Assembly: GCA_964057225.1 (NCBI GenBank) | Contig: OZ059895.1 | Span: 1,116,001-1,180,000 of the forward strand | DNA: 64,000 nt | Direction: 5' to 3' | Source: Auanema rhodensis | Taxonomy: Eukaryota > Animalia > Nematoda | Shown here: positions 42,740 through 55,834 of the stretch, one piece after another | Numbering within the stretch: position 1 is the first letter of the stretch | Layout of the letters: each line of letters starts with the position of its first letter | Made by a program: the position numbers and the translations under genes | The notes under the pieces: model-generated | The model's database searches: none | Told to the model about the DNA's origin: nothing | The model's input: the letters and a program-made list of their open reading frames with translations, nothing else

Positions 42740-45700
42740 TCTAAAAACATCTACTTTTTGCTAAATTATTCTGAAATTTTTCGAAAAAATTTTTGTCAAA
42801 ATGTTTTTGGAAGCAATGTTGAGTGTACATGGAAACTCAACATACACTAATGCATCATTTTTCAAACGATCATAACTAATTTTTGTATTAAGCGTTTCTC
42901 AATGTAGTATAGTGCAATCGATGTGTATTTTTAAGCTGCGTCGATCTGTGTTATCAGATTTGCGCTAGCTTAAAAATGCACCGAGATATCAACTGATATA
43001 AGTTCACACTTATATCCTCGATTTTCACCCTGAAGAATTAATTTTTTTTGTTGAATAACATTGTCCATCGTCTTTGCCTTGAGAAATGAAATCTAAAAAC
43101 ATCTACTTTTTGCTAAATTATTTTGAAATTTTTCGAAAAAATTTTCGTCAAAATGTTTTTGGAAGCAATGTTGAGTGTACATGGAAACTCAACATACACT
43201 AATGCATCATTTTTCAAACGATCATAACTAATTTTTGTATTAAGCGTTTTTTAATGTAGTACAGTGCATTCGATGCGGATTTTTAAGCTGCGTCGATCTG
43301 TGTTATCAGATTTGCGCTAGCTTAAAAATGCACCGAGATATCAACTGATATAAGTTCACACTTATATCCTCGATTTTCACCCTGAAGAATTAATTTTTTC
43401 GTTGAATAACATTGTCCATCGTCTTTGCCTTGAGAAATGAAATCTAAAAACATCTACTTTTTGCTAAATTATTCTGAAATTTTTCGAAAAAATTTTTGTC
43501 AAAATGTTTTTGGAAGCAATGTTGAGTGTACATGGAAACTCAACATACACTAATGCATCATTTTTCAAACGATCATAACTAATTTTTGTATTAAGCGTTT
43601 CTCAATGTAGTATAGTGCAATCGATGTGTATTTTTAAGCTGCGTCGATCTGTGTTATCAGATTTGCGCTAGCTTAAAAATGCACCGAGATATCAACTGAT
43701 ATAAGTTCACACTTATATCCTCGATTTTCACCCTGAAGAATTAATTTTTTTTGTTGAATAACATTGTCCATCGTCTTTGCCTTGAGAAATGAAATCTAAA
43801 AACATCTACTTTTTGCTAAATTATTTTGAAATTTTTCGAAAAAATTTTCGTCAAAATGTTTTTGGAAGCAATGTTGAGTGTACATGGAAACTCAACATAC
43901 ACTAATGCATCATTTTTCAAACGATCATAACTAATTTTTGTATTAAGCGTTTCTCAATGTAGTACAGTGCATTCGATGCGGATTTTTAAGCTGCGTCGAT
44001 CTGTGTTATCAGATTTGCGCTAGCTTAAAAATGCACCGAGATATCAACTGATATAAGTTCACACTTATATCCTCGATTTTCACCCTGAACAATTAATTTT
44101 TTCGTTGAATAACATTGTCCATCGTCTTTGCCTTGAAAAAAGGAATCTAAAAACATCTACTTTTTGCTAAATTATTCTGAAATTTTTCGAAAAAATTTTT
44201 GTCAAAATGTTTTTGGAAGCAATGTTGAGTGTACATGGAAACTCAACATACACTAATGCATCATTTTTCAAACGATCATAACTAATTTTTGTATTAAGCG
44301 TTTCTCAATGTAGTATAGTGCATTCGATGCGGATTTTTAAGCTGCGTCGATCTGTGTTATCAGATTTGCGCTAGCTTAAAAATGCACCGAGATATCAACT
44401 GATATAAGTTCACACTTATATCCTCGATTTTCACCCTGAAGAATTAATTTTTTCGTTGAATAACATTGTCCATCGTCTTTGCCTTGAGAAATGAAATCTA
44501 AAAACATCTACTTTTTGCTAAATTATTTTGAAATTTTTTGAAAAAATTTTCGTCAAAATGTTTTTGGAAGCAATGTTGAGTGTACATGGAAACTCAACAT
44601 ACACTAATGCATCATTTTTCAAACGATCATAACTAATTTTTGTATTAAGCGTTTCTCAATGTAGTATAGTGCAATCGATGTGTATTTTTAAGCTGCGTCG
44701 ATCTGTGTTATCAGATTTGCGCTAGCTTAAAAATGCACCGAGATATCAACTGATATAAGTTCACACTTATATCCTCGATTTTCACCCTGAAGAATTAATT
44801 TTTTCGTTGAATAACATTGTCCATCGTCTTTGCCTTGAGAAATGGAATCTAAAAACATCTACTTTTTGCTAAATTATTTTGAAATTTTTCGAAAAAATTT
44901 TTGTCAAAATGTTTTTGGAAGCAATGTTGAGTGTACATGGAAACTCAACATACACTTATGCATCATTTTTCAAACGATCATAACTAATTTTTGTATCAAG
45001 CGTTTCTCAATGTAGTATAGTGCATTCGATGCGGATTTTTAAGCTGCGTCGATCTGTGTTATCAGATTTGCGCTAGCTTAAAAATGCACCGAGTTATCAA
45101 CTGATATAAGTTCACACTTATATCCTCGATTTTCACCCTGAAGAATTAATTTTTTTTGTTGAATAACATTGTCCATCGTCTTTGCCTTGAGAAATGAAAT
45201 CTAAAAACATCTACTTTTTGCTAAATTATTTTGAAATTTTTCGAAAAAATTTTCGTCAAAATGTTTTTGGAAGCAATGTTGAGTGTACATGGAAACTCAA
45301 CATACACTAATGCATCATTTTTCAAACGATCATAACTAATTTTTGTATTAAGCGTTTTTTAATGTAGTACAGTGCATTCGATGCTGATTTTTAAGCTGCG
45401 TCGATCTGTGTTATCAGATTTGCGCTAGCTTAAAAATGCACCGAGATATCAACTGATATAAGTTCACACTTATATCCTCGATTTTCACCCTGAAGAATTA
45501 ATTTTTTCGTTGAATAACATTGTCCATCGTCTTTGCCTTGAGAAATGAAATCTAAAAACATCTACTTTTTGCTAAATTATTCTGAAATTTTTCGAAAAAA
45601 TTTTTGTCAAAATGTTTTTGGAAGCAATGTTGAGTGTACATGGAAACTCAACATACACTAATGCATCATTTTTCAAACGATCATAACTAATTTTTGTATT

Positions 45701-48700
45701 AAGCGTTTCTCAATGTAGTATAGTGCAATCGATGTGTATTTTTAAGCTGCGTCGATCTGTGTTATCAGATTTGCGCTAGCTTAAAAATGCACCGAGATAT
45801 CAACTGATATAAGTTCACACTTATATCCTCGATTTTCACCCTGAAGAATTAATTTTTTTTGTTGAATAACATTGTCCATCGTCTTTGCCTTGAGAAATGA
45901 AATCTAAAAACATCTACTTTTTGCTAAATTATTTTGAAATTTTTCGAAAAAATTTTCGTCAAAATGTTCTTGGAAGCAATGTTGAGTGTACATGGAAACT
46001 CAACATACACTAATGCATCATTTTTCAAACGATCATAACTAATTTTTGTATTAAGCGTTTCTCAATGTAGTACAGTGCATTCGATGCGGATTTTTAAGCT
46101 GCGTCGATCTGTGTTATCAGATTTGCGCTAGCTTAAAAATGCACCGAGATATCAACTGATATAAGTTCACACTTATATCCTCGATTTTCACCCTGAACAA
46201 TTAATTTTTTCGTTGAATAACATTGTCCATCGTCTTTGCCTTGAAAAAAGGAATCTAAAAACATCTACTTTTTGCTAAATTATTCTGAAATTTTTCGAAA
46301 AAATTTTTGTCAAAATGTTTTTGGAAGCAATGTTGAGTGTACATGGAAACTCAACATACACTAATGCATCATTTTTCAAACGATCATAACTAATTTTTGT
46401 ATTAAGCGTTTCTCAATGTAGTATAGTGCAATCGATGCGGATTTTTAAGCTGCGTCGATCTGTGTTATCAGATTTGCGCTAGCTTAAAAATGCACCGAGA
46501 TATCAACTGATATAAGTTCACACTTATATCCTCGATTTTCACCCTGAAGAATTAATTTTTTCGTTGAATAACATTGTCCATCGTCTTTGCCTTGAGAAAT
46601 GAAATCTAAAAACATCTACTTTTTGCTAAATTATTTTGAAATTTTTTGAAAAAATTTTCGTCAAAATGTTTTTGGAAGCAATGTTGAGTGTACATGGAAA
46701 CTCAACATACACTAATGCATCATTTTTCAAACGATCATAACTAATTTTTGTATTAAGCGTTTCTCAATGTAGTATAGTGCAATCGATGCGGATTTTTAAG
46801 CTGCGTCGATCTGTGTTATCAGATTTGCGCTAGCTTAAAAATGCACCGAGATATCAACTGATATAAGTTCACACTTATATCCTCGATTTTCACCCTGAAG
46901 AATTAATTTTTTCGTTGAATAACATTGTCCATCGTCTTTGCCTTGAGAAATGAAATCTAAAAACATCTACTTTTTGCTAAATTATTTTGAAATTTTTTGA
47001 AAAAATTTTCGTCAAAATGTTTTTGGAAGCAATGTTGAGTGTACATGGAAACTCAACATACACTAATGCATCATTTTTCAAACGATCATAACTAATTTTT
47101 GTATTAAGCGTTTTTTAATGTAGTACAGTGCATTCGATGCGGATTTTTAAGCTGCGTCGATCTGTGTTATCAGATTTGGGCTAGCTTAAAAATGCACCGA
47201 GATATCAACTGATATAAGTTCACACTTATATCCTCGATTTTCACCCTGAAGAATTAATTTTTTCGTTGAATAACATTGTCCATCGTCTTTGCCTTGAGAA
47301 ATGAAATCTAAAAACATCTACTTTTTGCTAAATTATTTCGAAATTTTTCGAAAAAATTTTTGTCAAAATGTTTTTGGAAGCAATGTTGAGTGTACATGGA
47401 AACTCAACATACACTAATGCATCATTTTTCAAACGATCATAACTAATTTTTGTATTAAGCGTTTCTCAATGTAGTATAGTGCAATCGATGCGGATTTTTA
47501 AGCTGCGTCGATCTGTGTTATCAGATTTGCGCTAGCTTAAAAATGCACCGAGATATCAACTGATATAAGTTCACACTTATATCCTCGATTTTCACCCTGA
47601 AGAATTAATTTTTTCGTTGAATAACATTGTCCATCGTCTTTGCCTTGAGAAATGAAATCTAAAAACATCTACTTTTTGCTAAATTATTTTGAAATTTTTT
47701 GAAAAAATTTTCGTCAAAATGTTTTTGGAAGCAATGTTGAGTGTACATGGAAACTCAACATACACTAATGCATCATTTTTCAAACGATCATAACTAATTT
47801 TTGTATTAAGCGTTTTTTAATGTAGTACAGTGCATTCGATGCGGATTTTTAAGCTGCGTCGATCTGTGTTATCAGATTTGGGCTAGCTTAAAAATGCACC
47901 GAGATATCAACTGATATAAGTTCACACTTATATCCTCGATTTTCACCCTGAAGAATTAATTTTTTCGTTGAATAACATTGTCCATCGTCTTTGCCTTGAG
48001 AAATGAAATCTAAAAACATCTACTTTTTGCTAAATTATTCTGAAATTTTTCGAAAAAATTTTTGTCAAAATGTTTTTGGAAGCAATGTTGAGTGTACATG
48101 GAAACTCAACATACACTAATGCATCATTTTTCAAACGATCATAACTAATTTTTGTATTAAGCGTTTCTCAATGTAGTATAGTGCAATCGATGCGGATTTT
48201 TAAGCTGCGTCGATCTGTGTTATCAGATTTGCGCTAGCTTAAAAATGCACCGAGATATCAACTGATATAAGTTCACACTTATATCCTCGATTTTCACCCT
48301 GAAGAATTAATTTTTTCGTTGAATAACATTGTCCATCGTCTTTGCCTTGAGAAATGAAATCTAAAAACATCTACTTTTTGCTAAATTATTTTGAAATTTT
48401 TTGAAAAAATTTTCGTCAAAATGTTTTTGGAAGCAATGTTGAGTGTACATGGAAACTCAACATACACTAATGCATCATTTTTCAAACGATCATAACTAAT
48501 TTTTGTATTAAGCGTTTTTTAATGTAGTACAGTGCATTCGATGCGGATTTTTAAGCTGCGTCGATCTGTGTTATCAGATTTGCGCTAGCTTAAAAATGCA
48601 CCGAGATATCAACTGATATAAGTTCACACTTATATCCTCGATTTTCACCCTGAAGAATTAATTTTTTCGTTGAATAACATTGTCCATCGTCTTTGCCTTG

Positions 48701-51700
48701 AGAAATGAAATCTAAAAACATCTACTTTTTGCTAAATTATTTTGAAATTTTTTGAAAAAATTTTCGTCAAAATGTTTTTGGAAGCAATGTTGAGTGTACA
48801 TGGAAACTCAACATACACTAATGCATCATTTTTCAAACGATCATAACTAATTTTTGTATTAAGCGTTTTTTAATGTAGTACAGTGCATTCGATGCGGATT
48901 TTTAAGCTGCGTCGATCTGTGTTATCAGATTTGGGCTAGCTTAAAAATGCACCGAGATATCAACTGATATAAGTTCACACTTATATCCTCGATTTTCACC
49001 CTGAAGAATTAATTTTTTCGTTGAATAACATTGTCCATCGTCTTTGCCTTGAGAAATGAAATCTAAAAACATCTACTTTTTGCTAAATTATTCTGAAATT
49101 TTTCGAAAAAATTTTTGTCAAAATGTTTTTGGAAGCAATGTTGAGTGTACATGGAAACTCAACATACACTAATGCATCATTTTTCAAACGATCATAACTA
49201 ATTTTTGTATTAAGCGTTTCTCAATGTAGTATAGTGCAATCGATGCGGATTTTTAAGCTGCGTCGATCTGTGTTATCAGATTTGCGCTAGCTTAAAAATG
49301 CACCGAGATATCAACTGATATAAGTTCACACTTATATCCTCGATTTTCACCCTGAAGAATTAATTTTTTCGTTGAATAACATTGTCCATCGTCTTTGCCT
49401 TGAGAAATGAAATCTAAAAACATCTACTTTTTGCTAAATTATTTTGAAATTTTTTGAAAAAATTTTCGTCAAAATGTTTTTGGAAGCAATGTTGAGTGTA
49501 CATGGAAACTCAACATACACTAATGCATCATTTTTCAAACGATCATAACTAATTTTTGTATTAAGCGTTTTTTAATGTAGTACAGTGCATTCGATGCGGA
49601 TTTTTAAGCTGCGTCGATCTGTGTTATCAGATTTGCGCTAGCTTAAAAATGCACCGAGATATCAACTGATATAAGTTCACACTTATATCCTCGATTTTCA
49701 CCCTGAAGAATTAATTTTTTCGTTGAATAACATTGTCCATCGTCTTTGCCTTGAGAAATGAAATCTAAAAACATCTACTTTTTGCTAAATTATTTTGAAA
49801 TTTTTTGAAAAAATTTTCGTCAAAATGTTTTTGGAAGCAATGTTGAGTGTACATGGAAACTCAACATACACTAATGCATCATTTTTCAAACGATCATAAC
49901 TAATTTTTGTATTAAGCGTTTTTTAATGTAGTACAGTGCATTCGATGCGGATTTTTAAGCTGCGTCGATCTGTGTTATCAGATTTGCGCTAGCTTAAAAA
50001 TGCACCGAGATATCAACTGATATAAGTTCACACTTATATCCTCGATTTTCACCCTGAAGAATTAATTTTTTTGTTGAGTAACATTGTCCATCGTCTTTGC
50101 CTTGAAAAAAGGAATCTAAAAACATCTACTTTTTGCAAAATTATTTTGAAATTCTTCGAAAAAATTTTTGTCAAAATGTTTTTGGAAGCAATGTTGAGTG
50201 TACATGGAAACTCAACATACACTAATGCATCATTTTTCAAACGATCATAACTAATTTTTGTATTAAGCGTTTCTCAATGTAGTATAGTGCATTCGATGTG
50301 GATTTTTAAGCTGCGTCGATCTGTGTTATCAGATTTGCGCTAGCTTAAAAATGCACCGAGATATCAACTGATATAAGTTCACACTTATATCCTCGATTTT
50401 CACCCTGAAGAATTAATTTTTTCGTTGAATAACATTGTCCATCGTCTTTGCCTTGAGAAATGAAATCTAAAAACATCTACTTTTTGCTAAATTATTTTGA
50501 AATTTTTTGAAAAAATTTTCGTCAAAATGTTTTTGGAAGCAATGTTGAGTGTACATGGAAACTCAACATACACTAATGCATCATTTTTCAAACGATCATA
50601 ACTAATTTTTGTATTAAGCGTTTCTCAATGTAGTACAGTGCATTCGATGCGGATTTTTAAGCTGCGTCGATCTGTGTTATCAGATTTGCGCTAGCTTAAA
50701 AATGCACCGAGATATCAACTGATATAAGTTCACACTTATATCCTCGATTTTCACCCTGAACAATTAATTTTTTCGTTGAATAACATTGTCCATCGTCTTT
50801 GCCTTGAAAAAAGGAATCTAAAAACATCTACTTTTTGCTAAATTATTCTGAAATTTTTCGAAAAAATTTTTGTCAAAATGTTTTTGGAAGCAATGTTGAG
50901 TGTACATGGAAACTCAACATACACTAATGCATCATTTTTCAAACGATCATAACTAATTTTTGTATTAAGCGTTTCTCAATGTAGTATAGTGCATTCGATG
51001 CGGATTTTTAAGCTGCGTCGATCTGTGTTATCAGATTTGCGCTAGCTTAAAAATGCACCGAGATATCAACTGATATAAGTTCACACTTATATCCTCGATT
51101 TTCACCCTGAAGAATTAATTTTTTCGTTGAATAACATTGTCCATCGTCTTTGCCTTGAGAAATGAAATCTAAAAACATCTACTTTTTGCTAAATTATTTT
51201 GAAATTTTTTGAAAAAATTTTCGTCAAAATGTTTTTGGAAGCAATGTTGAGTGTACATGGAAACTCAACATACACTAATGCATCATTTTTCAAACGATCA
51301 TAACTAATTTTTGTATTAAGCGTTTTTCAATGTAGTACAGTGCATTCGATGCGGATTTTTAAGCTGCGTCGATCTGTGTTATCAGATTTGCGCTAGTTTA
51401 AAAATGCACCGAGATATCAACTGATATAAGTTCACACTTATATCCTCGATTTTCACCCTGAACAATTAATTTTTTCGTTGAATAACATTGTCCATCGTCT
51501 TTGCCTTGAAAAAAGGAATCTAAAAACATCTACTTTTTGCTAAATTATTCTGAAATTTTTCGAAAAAATTTTTGTCAAAATGTTTTTGGAAGCAATGTTG
51601 AGTGTACATGGAAACTCAACATACACTAATGCATCATTTTTCAAACGATCATAACTAATTTTTGTATTAAGCGTTTCTCAATGTAGTATAGTGCAATCGA

Positions 51701-54700
51701 TGTGTATTTTTAAGCTGCGTCGATCTGTGTTATCAGATTTGCGCTAGCTTAAAAATGCACCGAGATATCAACTGATATAAGTTCACACTTATATCCTCGA
51801 TTTTCACCCTGAAGAATTAATTTTTTCGTTGAATAACATTGTCCATCGTCTTTGCCTTGAGAAATGGAATCTAAAAACATCTACTTTTTGCTAAATTATT
51901 TTGAAATTTTTCGAAAAAATTTTTGTCAAAATGTTTTTGGAAGCAATGTTGAGTGTACATGGAAACTCAACATACACTTATGCATCATTTTTCAAACGAT
52001 CATAACTAATTTTTGTATTAAGCGTTTTTTAATGTAGTACAGTGCATTCGATGCGGATTTTTAAGCTGCGTCGATCTGTGTTATCAGATTTGCGCTAGCT
52101 TAAAAATGCACCGAGATATCAACTGATATAAGTTCACACTTATATCCTCGATTTTCACCCTGAAGAATTAATTTTTTTGTTGAGTAACATTGTCCATCGT
52201 CTTTGCCTTGAAAAAAGGAATCTAAAAACATCTACTTTTTGCAAAATTATTTTGAAATTCTTCGAAAAAATTTTTGTCAAAATGTTTTTGGAAGCAATGT
52301 TGAGTGTACATGGAAACTCAACATACACTAATGCATCATTTTTCAAACGATCATAACTAATTTTTGTATTAAGCGTTTCTCAATGTAGTATAGTGCATTC
52401 GATGTGGATTTTTAAGCTGCGTCGATCTGTGTTATCAGATTTGCGCTAGCTTAAAAATGCACCGAGATATCAACTGATATAAGTTCACACTTATATCCTC
52501 GATTTTCACCCTGAAGAATTAATTTTTTCGTTGAATAACATTGTCCATCGTCTTTGCCTTGAGAAATGAAATCTAAAAACATCTACTTTTTGCTAAATTA
52601 TTTTGAAATTTTTTGAAAAAATTTTCGTCAAAATGTTTTTGGAAGCAATGTTGAGTGTACATGGAAACTCAACATACACTAATGCATCATTTTTCAAACG
52701 ATCATAACTAATTTTTGTATTAAGCGTTTCTCAATGTAGTACAGTGCATTCGATGCGGATTTTTAAGCTGCGTCGATCTGTGTTATCAGATTTGCGCTAG
52801 CTTAAAAATGCACCGAGATATCAACTGATATAAGTTCACACTTATATCCTCGATTTTCACCCTGAACAATTAATTTTTTCGTTGAATAACATTGTCCATC
52901 GTCTTTGCCTTGAAAAAAGGAATCTAAAAACATCTACTTTTTGCTAAATTATTCTGAAATTTTTCGAAAAAATTTTTGTCAAAATGTTTTTGGAAGCAAT
53001 GTTGAGTGTACATGGAAACTCAACATACACTAATGCATCATTTTTCAAACGATCATAACTAATTTTTGTATTAAGCGTTTCTCAATGTAGTATAGTGCAT
53101 TCGATGCGGATTTTTAAGCTGCGTCGATCTGTGTTATCAGATTTGCGCTAGCTTAAAAATGCACCGAGATATCAACTGATATAAGTTCACACTTATATCC
53201 TCGATTTTCACCCTGAAGAATTAATTTTTTCGTTGAATAACATTGTCCATCGTCTTTGCCTTGAGAAATGAAATCTAAAAACATCTACTTTTTGCTAAAT
53301 TATTTTGAAATTTTTTGAAAAAATTTTCGTCAAAATGTTTTTGGAAGCAATGTTGAGTGTACATGGAAACTCAACATACACTAATGCATCATTTTTCAAA
53401 CGATCATAACTAATTTTTGTATTAAGCGTTTTTCAATGTAGTACAGTGCATTCGATGCGGATTTTTAAGCTGCGTCGATCTGTGTTATCAGATTTGCGCT
53501 AGTTTAAAAATGCACCGAGATATCAACTGATATAAGTTCACACTTATATCCTCGATTTTCACCCTGAACAATTAATTTTTTCGTTGAATAACATTGTCCA
53601 TCGTCTTTGCCTTGAAAAAAGGAATCTAAAAACATCTACTTTTTGCTAAATTATTCTGAAATTTTTCGAAAAAATTTTTGTCAAAATGTTTTTGGAAGCA
53701 ATGTTGAGTGTACATGGAAACTCAACATACACTAATGCATCATTTTTCAAACGATCATAACTAATTTTTGTATTAAGCGTTTCTCAATGTAGTATAGTGC
53801 AATCGATGTGTATTTTTAAGCTGCGTCGATCTGTGTTATCAGATTTGCGCTAGCTTAAAAATGCACCGAGATATCAACTGATATAAGTTCACACTTATAT
53901 CCTCGATTTTCACCCTGAAGAATTAATTTTTTCGTTGAATAACATTGTCCATCGTCTTTGCCTTGAGAAATGGAATCTAAAAACATCTACTTTTTGCTAA
54001 ATTATTTTGAAATTTTTCGAAAAAATTTTTGTCAAAATGTTTTTGGAAGCAATGTTGAGTGTACATGGAAACTCAACATACACTTATGCATCATTTTTCA
54101 AACGATCATAACTAATTTTTGTATTGAGCGTTTCTCAATGTAGTATAGTGCATTCGATGCGGATTTTTAAGCTGCGTCGATCTGTGTTATCAGATTTGCG
54201 CTAGCTTAAAAATGCACCGAGATATCAACTGATATAAGTTCACACTTATATCCTCGATTTTCACCCTGAAGAATTAATTTTTTCGTTGAATAACATTGTC
54301 CATCGTCTTTGCCTTGAGAAATGAAATCTAAAAACATCTACTTTTTGCTAAATTATTTTGAAATTTTTTGAAAAAATTTTCGTCAAAATGTTTTTGGAAG
54401 CAATGTTGAGTGTACATGGAAACTCAACATACACTAATGCATCATTTTTCAAACGATCATAACTAATTTTTGTATTAAGCGTTTCTCAATGTAGTACAGT
54501 GCATTCGATGCGGATTTTTAAGCTGCGTCGATCTTTGTTATCAGATTTGCGCTAGCTTAAAAATGCACCGAGATATCAACTGATATAAGTTCACACTTAT
54601 ATCCTCGATTTTCACCCTGAACAATTAATTTTTTCGTTGAATAACATTGTCCATCGTCTTTGCCTTGAAAAAAGGAATCTAAAAACATCTACTTTTTGCT

Positions 54701-55834
54701 AAATTATTCTGAAATTTTTCGAAAAAATTTTTGTCAAAATGTTTTTGGAAGCAATGTTGAGTGTACATGGAAACTCAACATACACTAATGCATCATTTTT
54801 CAAACGATCATAACTAATTTTTGTATTAAGCGTTTCTCAATGTAATATAGTGCAATCGATGTGTATTTTTAAGCTGCATCGATCTGTGTTATCAGATTTG
54901 CGCTAGCTTAAAAATGCACCGAGATATCAACTGATATAAGTTCACACATATATCCTCGATTTTCACCCTGAAGAATTAATTTTTTCGTTGAATAACATTG
55001 TCCATCGTCTTTGCCTTGAGAAATGGAATCTAAAAACATCTACTTTTTGCTAAATTATTTTGAAATTTTTCGAAAAAATTTTTGTCAAAATGTTTTTGGA
55101 AGCAATGTTGAGTGTACATGGAAACTCAACATACACTTATGCATCATTTTTCAAACGATCATAACTAATTTTTGTATTAATCGTTTCTCAATGTAGTATA
55201 GTGCAATCGATGTGTATTTTTAAGCTGCATCGATCTGTGTTATCAGATTTGCGCTAGCTTAAAAATGCACCGAGATATCAACTGATATAAGTTCACACTT
55301 ATATCCTCGATTTTCACCCTGAAGAATTAATTTTTTCGTTGAATAACATTGTCCATCGTCTTTGCCTTGAGAAATGAAATCTAAAAACATCTACTTTTTG
55401 CTAAATTATTTTGAAATTTTTCGAAAAAATTTTCGTCAAAATGTTTTTGGAAGCAATGTTGAGTGTACATGGAAACTCAACATACACTAATGCATCATTT
55501 TTCAAACGATCATAACTAATTTTTGTATTAGGCGTTTCTCAATGTAGTACAGTGCATTCGATGCGGATTTTTAAGCTGCGTCGATCTGTGTTATCAGATT
55601 TGCGCTAGCTTAAAAATGCACCGAGATATCAACTGATATAAGTTCACACTTATATCCTCGATTTTCACCCTGAAGAATTAATTTTTTCGTTGAGTAACAT
55701 TGTCCATCGTCTTTGCCTTGAAAAAAGGAATCTAAAAACATCTACTTTTTGCTAAATTATTCTGAAATTTTTCGAAAAAATTTTTGTCAAAATGTTTTTG
55801 GAAGCAATGTTGAGTGTACATGGAAACTCAACAT
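42719..55834. repeat. Domain C: satellite sub-family marked by GAGAAATGAAATC, TTTTCGTC, GTACAG, GATGTGTAT, GAACAATT
   Basis: These motifs dominate after 42719 and are absent from 3511-42718. The right edge is gradual (last GAGAAATGA copy is in m164, ~57480). Confidence 0.9.
49868..54085. repeat. 6-monomer (2106 bp) higher-order repeat, 2 near-identical copies
   Basis: m143-m148 match m149-m154 (GCAAAA at pos 270, ATTCTTCG, GATGTGG, CTAGTTT). The two identical short ORFs are 2106 bp apart. Confidence 0.92.

Noticed and set aside
50049-50240. 63-aa minus-strand ORF (also 52155-52346 and 57771-57962)
   Set aside because: It is satellite sequence with a TTG start. It is open only because SNV T270A (GCTA to GCAA) removes a TAG present in nearly all other monomers. 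A fourth A270 copy (m175) is closed by another SNV that creates TAA. No recognisable domain.
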